A stretch of 64,000 bases of DNA from a virus, in the IMG/VR virus record IMGVR_UViG_2854655614_000005. One strand, written 5' to 3'. Shown here in pieces: positions 57,529 through 64,000 of the stretch. The translations under genes and the position numbers were made by a program. The notes under the pieces were generated by a model. It had not been told where the DNA came from and did not search any database. It saw only the letters and a program-made list of their open reading frames with translations. Position 1 is the first letter of the stretch. Each line of letters starts with the position of its first letter.

Positions 57529-58374
57529 ATGCAAATAGCCACCATCCCCGGAGAAACCTATGCCGTTACGGTCACCTCCCCCTGTACGGTCTGTGCCGTC
57601 ATGCCCAAATCCTCTCCCCTTCTTTTGATTACCATTGAGGACCCCGGCCAGTATCTCGTTGTGGCTCCTACCACAGCCCTGTACATCGACGACGATTCCG
57701 CCCTTGTCACCCGGTCTTTTAAGTCCGCCCCCGTGGGGATGTTTTCCCGCAAGGTTCCCTCCGGGGGCTCCATCGGCCAGGAATCCATCGAACTTTCCCT
57801 GGCTCCGGACGGCCCCAGGGACAACCTCAACTCCTGCGGCTTCGCGTTCGCCGTGGAAGAAGCGGGCATTCTCCGCTCCATCGCCATTGAAGGCCGCACG
57901 GGCTACGAATTCCACAAGAATCCAGTGTGGATGAAGCTCTGGCGCGCCGTTCCGGGGGCGGTCCCGGTGTGGCTGGCCGTTTCCCTTAACTCCGTCATCC
58001 AGCAAAACGACGCCCTCAACACCTGGGACTTTGAAGAAGGAGTGCCGCTCCGCGCCGGAGACTGCCTCGTTGCCACCACCCACCGGGAGGAGGGGAAGGA
58101 GAGCCGGGAGTTTTCCGTGGACGGGACGGACGGCAAGCTTCTTGCCCGCGTGTGCGCCATCCCCGCCACAGAAGGTATCGGCTGTCTGGATGATTCCGGC
58201 AGCGTCGCCTGGACCTACCTTCCATCGGGAACCATCACCCTATCCAGGGAAGCCAACCTGGCGGATTACGCGCAGGTGGCCGTTCTTGATGAGTCCGTAT
58301 TCGGCTCCACCCGCAAACGCCCCCAGACACTTTATGTCCTCCGGGCGGCCTCATCCCCTTCCAACTACCCGTAA
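57529..58374 (+). CDS. Tail-associated protein
   Basis: N-terminal ~60-aa domain shared with 60860..61312; C-terminal PQTLYVL; alternative start at 57517. Confidence 0.55.
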   Translation: MQIATIPGETYAVTVTSPCTVCAVMPKSSPLLLITIEDPGQYLVVAPTTALYIDDDSALVTRSFKSAPVGMFSRKVPSGGSIGQESIELSLAPDGPRDNLNSCGFAFAVEEAGILRSIAIEGRTGYEFHKNPVWMKLWRAVPGAVPVWLAVSLNSVIQQNDALNTWDFEEGVPLRAGDCLVATTHREEGKESREFSVDGTDGKLLARVCAIPATEGIGCLDDSGSVAWTYLPSGTITLSREANLADYAQVAVLDESVFGSTRKRPQTLYVLRAASSPSNYP

Positions 58375-58399
58375 CCGCTAACCAAAACCATATAACACC

Positions 58400-59032
58400 A
58401 TGGCTTCAACAACAACAAAACTCTATTTGGGCTCCACCCTCCTCGTGGACCTGACGGCCTTTGCCCTGGCAAGCAGCCTCACGGCTCACGCGGACAACGG
58501 TTCCATCCATGTAACTGACGGGGAGCGTTCTTCCTGGAACGCCAAGCTCGACGCTTCGGCGCTGGCTTCATACGTCCAGTCAAGCACCCTCACAACCACC
58601 CTTGCCTCTTATGCCACGCAGGACTGGGTAACGCAACAAATCGCGGCAAAATCCCATATCCGCATCACGCCGGTGGAAACACTTCCCGCCGAAGGCGTAC
58701 CGGATGTCATCTATCTGGTTCCCCCTGCCGGTGCGGGAGACTCCCATCTCCGGGAGCAATACGTCTACCTGAACGGAGAGTGGATCAAGGTGGGGGACAC
58801 AGGAGTTTCCCTGGACGGCTACGCCACCGAATCGTGGGTGAAGGGCCAGCTTGAACCCTACGCCAAATCTTCCGACGTGACGGACTCCATCGCCACGGCG
58901 AAGGAGGAAGCCGTTTCGGAGGCTGCCACCCATGCCGAGGGCATCTACGCCAAAATCACCTCCATCACTCAGAGCGCCTATAACGCCCTGGCGGCAAAGG
59001 ACATTCACACCCTCTACGCCATTACCGACTAA
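58400..59032 (+). CDS. Tail fibre-like protein
   Basis: HADNGSIHVTDGERSSWN, YATQDWV and YATESWV repeats, VETLPAEG...IYLVP...YVYLNGEW, C-terminal QSAYNAL...TLYAI. Confidence 0.65.
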   Translation: MASTTTKLYLGSTLLVDLTAFALASSLTAHADNGSIHVTDGERSSWNAKLDASALASYVQSSTLTTTLASYATQDWVTQQIAAKSHIRITPVETLPAEGVPDVIYLVPPAGAGDSHLREQYVYLNGEWIKVGDTGVSLDGYATESWVKGQLEPYAKSSDVTDSIATAKEEAVSEAATHAEGIYAKITSITQSAYNALAAKDIHTLYAITD

Positions 59033-59055
59033 CGATACTCCCTTTCCCCCCTTCC

Positions 59056-59765
59056 ATGATCCGTGAACTCAAACTGGGAGACATCCCCCTGCTGCAACTC
59101 GCCTCCGGCATCACCGCTTCGGAGCCGGGTCTCGTCTCCGGCCAGCAGGTTGTTTCCTATGTCGAGGGGAGGCTTTCCTCCCTCGGCACCGGAACATGGA
59201 ATGGGGGCACCGTTTCCAACGCCACCACCTTTGACGCCCCTGTCTGCATCAACTACGGAAACTGGCTGACTTACGGCAACTCCTCTATCCCGTGGTCTTC
59301 CATCCCTGCCGCCGCCGCGCCCAGCAAGCGCCAGATTGAGAGCTACACAAGCGCGGCTGCTCTCGTGCGTCCGGCCACCGGCCAAATCGGACAGGTTCTC
59401 CACCTTACCGCCAGCGGTCCCGCCTGGACGGATCTTCAACCCTCCGGAAGCACATCTTCTGCCGGGTCCAGCGTTCACCAGAACAGTCTTTTTCTGCTTA
59501 CGGACTGGCACAGGTCGGAGAGCCTGCCTCCGGATGGTACAAAGTGGAACTCGTTCTTTTTGCTTCCAGGGCTGCCACGACTCTCGGCTTGCTTGACTCG
59601 CAGGCCGTCCAAACAGGCCGCGTCAAAAACGTGATGGGCATGGCGTGGCACAACGAGTCCATCCCTTACCTCTCCCTGACGGGGACCTCCTGGCTTGGCT
59701 ACCAGGGCTCCCCGCAAGAGGGCATCTTCGCCTACGTACGTCCTTCAGATGAGCTTCTTGTATGA
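59056..59765 (+). CDS. Tail-associated protein, apparently frameshifted near 59530
   Basis: ORF 59056 (GQIGQVLHLTASGPAW) joins ORF 59544 (GWYKVELVLFAS...) if one base is added at CCTCCGGA. Confidence 0.55.
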
Positions 59766-60054
59766 GCACATCCCGGGTGAGGCGGCATGGATGGGCTCCG
59801 GCCTGGTTGAGGGCAAGGCCGGATGGATAAACGGCTCCCTGCGCTACACCTCAATCCAGAAACCGGAGGAAGTACACAATGCCACCACCCTTCTTCCGGA
59901 CGACCCTCCCACGGAACCGCCTACGGAAGGTCCTACCGATCCTCCTACGGAAGGCCCCACCGAAATACCTACGGAAGTACCTACGGAAATACCCTCGGAA
60001 ATGCCGGAAGGCTTCTCCCATAATCTTCTTCGCCCAGCCACTGACGCGCCATGA
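59749..60054 (+). CDS. Small Pro/Thr/Glu-rich (mucin-like linker) protein
   Basis: MSFLYEHIPG...(PTEx)n; its stop codon overlaps the GT start (ATGA). Confidence 0.6.
   Translation: MSFLYEHIPGEAAWMGSGLVEGKAGWINGSLRYTSIQKPEEVHNATTLLPDDPPTEPPTEGPTDPPTEGPTEIPTEVPTEIPSEMPEGFSHNLLRPATDAP
59908..60003 (+). repeat. Eight imperfect 12-bp tandem repeats (CCYACGGAANNN) encoding PTEx
   Basis: cccacggaaccg cctacggaaggt cctaccgatcct cctacggaaggc cccaccgaaata cctacggaagta cctacggaaata ccctcggaaatg. Confidence 0.9.
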
Positions 60055-60833
60055 TTTACCTGCATTATTTCACTTACCGCGGCCACGCCGACCTGCTGAC
60101 CTGGACGTGCCGTGCCACCCTGGAAGCTCTTGCCCATTCCCCTTATGTCCTTGGCAGGGATATTTCCATCGTTGTCGTTGACGATGCCAGCAATCCGTGT
60201 CCGGAAGCAGCCGTCTCGGAACTCAAGGCCATGGGTGCAACCTACCGCACCTCCACCTTTAAACGCAGAGGCAACCTCAACGGCCAGGACTGCATCATGG
60301 GGATTCTTTCCGAATTCAAACGCTCCATGCACCGCAAAAAGGATATTGCCGTCAAGCTGGACTGCGACACATTGCTCCTCGGCACCACCTGGCTGGAACG
60401 ATTTGTGAAGGACAGCTCCGCCCTCGTCACCGGCGCGGATGACCGGGGGTGCATTTACGGCATGTGCTATGGGCTCAAGGCCGTCCTCATAGACGCCCTC
60501 ATCGACCTCTTCACTCGCTGCCCCGTCGGGGATAGCTCTCAGGAAGACATCTACCTCGGCTACCGCGCCCGCAGGCTTGCCCAATCCCTTTCCGGGGACG
60601 GAAGCTTCCTGCCCATCCCCATCTGGCTCAACAGTCCCGACACTCCCGGCGATAACGGTCCTCACGGCCAGCTCATCATCTACAACTGGTCGCGCGGCCT
60701 GGACATCGCCCCTCTCTATACAGGCTTCCAAGTCATCAACGTCTGTAACGGCATGCACCAGGGCAAAACTGCCATGGCGGATGTGCAGAAGCTGGTTGAG
60801 CGCCTCGTCTCCGGCAAATTCTCCGTTTTCTGA
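60051..60833 (+). CDS. GT-A fold glycosyltransferase-like protein in the tail operon
   Basis: IVVVDDAS, VKLDCDTLL (DxD), YGMCYGL, QEDIYLG. Confidence 0.7.
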   Translation: MIYLHYFTYRGHADLLTWTCRATLEALAHSPYVLGRDISIVVVDDASNPCPEAAVSELKAMGATYRTSTFKRRGNLNGQDCIMGILSEFKRSMHRKKDIAVKLDCDTLLLGTTWLERFVKDSSALVTGADDRGCIYGMCYGLKAVLIDALIDLFTRCPVGDSSQEDIYLGYRARRLAQSLSGDGSFLPIPIWLNSPDTPGDNGPHGQLIIYNWSRGLDIAPLYTGFQVINVCNGMHQGKTAMADVQKLVERLVSGKFSVF

Positions 60834-60859
60834 TCCCATCTCCACCTGTGTCTTTGACC

Positions 60860-61312
60860 ATGAAAATTGCGACGCTTACCGGCCACTCCTACGCCATTAC
60901 CGCTTCCCGGCCCTGCACGGTTTCCGCCGTAGCGGGGGACGGTTCCCTCATCCCGCTGCTCTCCATCACCGTTCCCGGCCAGTACGTGCTGGTGGCCCCT
61001 TCCACCATGCTGGACATCAACGAGGATCACACTCTGGTGACTCCCATGAAGGGCCGCACCGGCATCACGGGGGGATTGCTCCAGGCCTCCCTGGGCATGC
61101 TGCAATCCCATTTTGAGGATAACTACATTCACGTCAACCGGGGAGACCGCAACAAATGGGACGACACGATCAGCTCACAGAATTTCGCCGACCATAAATA
61201 CAACATGGACCTCCACCTCTATTCAGAAGAACACGCGTCCCTCAAGCAGCTCCTCGCAAACAAGGATGCCCTTCTGGCCCTCCTCAACCCGGACCAGACG
61301 CAAACGGCCTGA
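60860..61312 (+). CDS. Tail-associated protein
   Basis: Shares its N-terminal domain with 57529 and an HxxxxxIHV motif with 58400. Confidence 0.55.
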   Translation: MKIATLTGHSYAITASRPCTVSAVAGDGSLIPLLSITVPGQYVLVAPSTMLDINEDHTLVTPMKGRTGITGGLLQASLGMLQSHFEDNYIHVNRGDRNKWDDTISSQNFADHKYNMDLHLYSEEHASLKQLLANKDALLALLNPDQTQTA

Positions 61313-61360
61313 CCTCTCCCTTTCCCCTTCTCCTGATTAACCCAAACCAAAAACAAAACC

Positions 61361-61831
61361 ATGAATAATGCAACTAATACATGCAACCACACGGAAGAAA
61401 TCGCCCACGCGATTTACAGCCAGCACCACAACGAACTCAATCCCGGCATTCCGCCGGACTGGGACGCCTTGCCTGAAGAAGAAAAACAGGCATGGCGCAA
61501 GGTTGCGGGCACCATCCTGCCCACGCTCGGGCAGCACGCCTTGGGCGACCTTCTGGCTTACGCCAAAAGGAAAATAAAAGAATCCTCCTCTACAGGAAAA
61601 AAAATCCTCTGGGGCCTTGTCAGCGCCGCCGTCCTGGCCGCCTTGAGCTGGCTGGCCTCCCTCGGGCTTACTTCCTGCGGTCACACGGTGGATATTTCTC
61701 AGGAAGGAGCCGCCATTTGCAAAGACGGAACCTGCCTGATCGTCAAGGACGGCCACGTCATCTTCAGGCCCGCGCCGGAAAAGGCTTCCCCCCGGGAGGA
61801 AGAAACCGCCGTCATCCGCCAGCAGAAATAA
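61361..61831 (+). CDS. Membrane protein in the lysis module
   Basis: One hydrophobic segment ending in lipobox-like LTSC. Confidence 0.5.
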   Translation: MNNATNTCNHTEEIAHAIYSQHHNELNPGIPPDWDALPEEEKQAWRKVAGTILPTLGQHALGDLLAYAKRKIKESSSTGKKILWGLVSAAVLAALSWLASLGLTSCGHTVDISQEGAAICKDGTCLIVKDGHVIFRPAPEKASPREEETAVIRQQK

Positions 61832-61861
61832 TAACCTCCGAACCCAAATAACCGCCGCGAT

Positions 61862-62095
61862 ATGTGCCAGCCCTACGATTGGATTATCCGCCTCGTCAAC
61901 ACCCTCAAAGTCGTCTTTGCGACCAAGGACGGCGTGTTCGCTGTTCTTATTGCCGTGATGCTCGTGAGCATGGGCGTCCTCTACCACGACATGCGCCAGT
62001 ACATGACCGAGCAAACCCGCGCCCAAGTGGAAACCGTCCGCGTGCTCACAGAACTCAAGGCGGAAATCTCCTCACTCAAACAAGCAGCCAAATAA
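61862..62095 (+). CDS. Holin-like small membrane protein
   Basis: 77 aa, one transmembrane segment, directly upstream of the endolysin. Confidence 0.5.
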   Translation: MCQPYDWIIRLVNTLKVVFATKDGVFAVLIAVMLVSMGVLYHDMRQYMTEQTRAQVETVRVLTELKAEISSLKQAAK

Positions 62096-62097
62096 CC

Positions 62098-62682
62098 ATG
62101 ACCTCGACAGAACAAAAAATCGCCGCCCAGATCCTCTATCTGGAGGACAACCGCGCCACCGGGCCGGACTCGCTGCGCGTCACCCGCCTCCCCGCCGCCG
62201 ACAAAGGCGGCGACTGGGAGATCTGCGGCATCTGCGACGGCATCGAACCCGCCGTATTCCGCCATCTCAAGTCCTTGCTTGACGCCGGGAAAAAGGAAGA
62301 AGCCTGGGAAGCCTCCCTCCAGTACGTACTGGACAACACGCAGGCCGTCCGCACCTGGCTCGGGGCGCAGGACTGCCCCGCCGTGGAATTCTTCCTGCGT
62401 GACTTCTTCTTCAATGCGGGGATCAAATCCGCCTCGCTTGCCGTCCAGCGGGCCGTCAACGCCCGCAACGGCTCATTAAAGGAAGACAGCATCGCAGGCC
62501 CCGCCACGCGTTCCGCGTTCCAGGCGGCTCTCACCGCCAATGGAGAAACCGTCATGCTGATGCTCCTCCATCGTTTCCGTGAACAGCACTACCGTTCCTG
62601 CAAGCAATGGGGCGCCTTCGGCAAGGGCTGGATCAACCGCCTGGACGCCGCCGCGAGCTTCGCTGCCGGTCTTCTCCGCTAA
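62098..62682 (+). CDS. Endolysin, GH108-like with C-terminal peptidoglycan-binding domain
   Basis: ILYLE...DKGG...GI, DFFFNAG, DSIAGPAT, WGAFGKGWINRL. Confidence 0.8.
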   Translation: MTSTEQKIAAQILYLEDNRATGPDSLRVTRLPAADKGGDWEICGICDGIEPAVFRHLKSLLDAGKKEEAWEASLQYVLDNTQAVRTWLGAQDCPAVEFFLRDFFFNAGIKSASLAVQRAVNARNGSLKEDSIAGPATRSAFQAALTANGETVMLMLLHRFREQHYRSCKQWGAFGKGWINRLDAAASFAAGLLR

Positions 62683-62697
62683 CCATATCTTCCCGCC

Positions 62698-62988
62698 ATG
62701 GCTACCGGAGCTCTCATCGCTGGCACTCTCGCCTCCATCGGTTCGTCTTTCTACCAACAAAAAAAGGCGGCTAAGGAACAAAAGCAGGCGGCGGCAGCCA
62801 TGGCCTCGGCCATGGAAAAACAACCCACCGTCCAGGCTGCGGACATAGCCGCCCAGCAAACGCAGGACACCCGGGAACAAAGCGAGCAGGCCGTCAACAC
62901 GGCGGCTAAACGCCGCTTCTCGCTGAACCGCACCGTCAATCCCTCCGCCGCGTCCTCCCTGATGGGAGGGCGCAAGACGCTGGGCTGA
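62698..62988 (+). CDS. Small virion protein preceding the portal
   Basis: Ala/Gln-rich, ends GGRKTLG, in the typical position before a podovirus portal. Confidence 0.6.
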   Translation: MATGALIAGTLASIGSSFYQQKKAAKEQKQAAAAMASAMEKQPTVQAADIAAQQTQDTREQSEQAVNTAAKRRFSLNRTVNPSAASSLMGGRKTLG

Positions 62989-63016
62989 TATACCACCAAG
63001 CATTCCCTGCATCCTC

Positions 63017-64000
63017 ATGGTCCGTCCCAACACACGCCTTGCCGCCCGCTACATCGACACCGCAGAAGCCCTCCTTGGCGACATGAGGGGGTACAGCGGA
63101 GACTGGGACTGGCTACGCAAGCACATCATGCCCCGCACACAGGCCGGGGCGGACCGTGAGGAACGACCGTTCCCCACCGCCAAGCGGCTGCATTCCACTG
63201 TCGCTATTAAATCCCTGCGCATCCTGACGGGTGCGCACATCATGTACATTACCCCGTCCAACCAGCGCTGGTTCTCCCTTCAGAGCGGGCTTCGCGGCAA
63301 GGAGAAATCCTCCCGCGTGGACGAATGGTTTGCGGAATCCACGGAAATCATGTTTGCGGAGCTGGGACGCTCCAACTTCTACACGGAAATCCATGAAACA
63401 TTTTTAGACCGCTGCCTGACGGGAACCGGGTGCCTCTTCTGTGATACTTTGCCGGATGGCCGGTTGAACTTCCGGCATATACCCTCCGGCACGCATGCCA
63501 TCGCGGAGGGGGAAAACGGCCAGGTCAACACGCTCGTGCGCCAGTTCAAGCTCACACCCCACCAGGCGGCGGAAAAGTTCGGCTACAAAAAACTCCCGGA
63601 AAGCGTCCGCAAGGACTTTGACGACCCCCGGAAGCGCTTCACCGTGCGGCATGAATTCCTCCACCTGGTCTTCCCCCGGCAGAACTGCGACTTCGGGCAT
63701 GATCTCGTGAATGCCAAGCGCATGAAATGGGCCTCCGTCTACCTCGCCTGGGGAGTGGAAAAACAAGTCATCCGGGAGGAGGGCTACAACGAATTTCCTT
63801 TTCTTGTTACTCGTTTTTTGCGCTATGGCGACGGCCCCTACGGCTACGCTCCCGGCCTGGATGTCATGGAAGAAATAACTGCTACCCTCAAGCTGGAACG
63901 CGTCATGGACGTACTGGCGGAAGTGGCCGCTTTCCCGCGGATTATTCAACTGGCCGAACAGGTCGGGGAAGTAGACTTGCGGGCAGGGGGCGTCACCACC
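63017..64000 (+). CDS. Portal / head-to-tail connector (3' end outside window)
   Basis: Read by hand from the ATG at 63017: WDWLRKHIMP...ITPSNQRWFSL...RSNFYTEIHE...GTGCLF...EEGYNEFPFLVTRF...PYGYAPG. Confidence 0.88.
   Translation, partial: MVRPNTRLAARYIDTAEALLGDMRGYSGDWDWLRKHIMPRTQAGADREERPFPTAKRLHSTVAIKSLRILTGAHIMYITPSNQRWFSLQSGLRGKEKSSRVDEWFAESTEIMFAELGRSNFYTEIHETFLDRCLTGTGCLFCDTLPDGRLNFRHIPSGTHAIAEGENGQVNTLVRQFKLTPHQAAEKFGYKKLPESVRKDFDDPRKRFTVRHEFLHLVFPRQNCDFGHDLVNAKRMKWASVYLAWGVEKQVIREEGYNEFPFLVTRFLRYGDGPYGYAPGLDVMEEITATLKLERVMDVLAEVAAFPRIIQLAEQVGEVDLRAGGVTT

Larger units (their letters stand above)
1..64000. mobile_element. Prophage/temperate phage region (podovirus-like), extending beyond both window edges
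   Basis: terL, terS, portal, tail-adaptor, internal-virion, tail-fibre, endolysin, repressor and RusA-like genes are spread across the whole window; no host housekeeping genes seen; no att sites or integrase in the window. Confidence 0.9.

Noticed and set aside
1..64000. tRNA, rRNA, IS elements, integrase/att sites, multi-repeat CRISPR array
   Set aside because: None recognised by eye; dedicated scans were not run

Overview
The whole window is part of one large temperate podovirus-like (T7/BPP-1-type virion genes) prophage or phage genome. The host is probably Verrucomicrobiota (Akkermansia-like); this is an inference from gene content and sequence style and was not checked. Core genes: terminase large subunit (5'-truncated at the window edge), a minus-strand block (repressor, tail-adaptor-like protein, internal-virion-like proteins, a 5,560-aa large polyvalent protein), an early block (HTH, RusA-like, replication protein, wHTH, terminase small subunit), and a plus-strand block (tail fibres, lysis genes, portal). 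No capsid gene or integrase is visible. Two cargo hotspots interrupt the core. The first (1.7-19.3 kb) holds three glycosyltransferases, SEFIR/TIR, DUF2971, a poly-Ser Rhs toxin with a lipoprotein immunity gene, a KAP NTPase, AbiF-like HEPN with an upstream structured RNA, and tandem TIR genes. The second (43.4-54.5 kb) holds a frameshifted DUF2971, Gabija, a truncated methylase, an HTH-HD fusion, and a PA14-Tae4-like toxin with two immunity paralogues. Main observations beyond the gene list: (1) a three-copy promoter motif with identical 31-nt spacing sits upstream of both virion operons and the toxin operon; (2) a 73-nt antisense copy of the terL 3' end lies inside the toxin-immunity operon; (3) the giant protein is built from cassettes joined by a conserved DITFSL junction; (4) four phage glycosyltransferases occur next to Ser- and Thr-rich mucin-like proteins. 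All family assignments come from motif recognition by eye, not from database searches.
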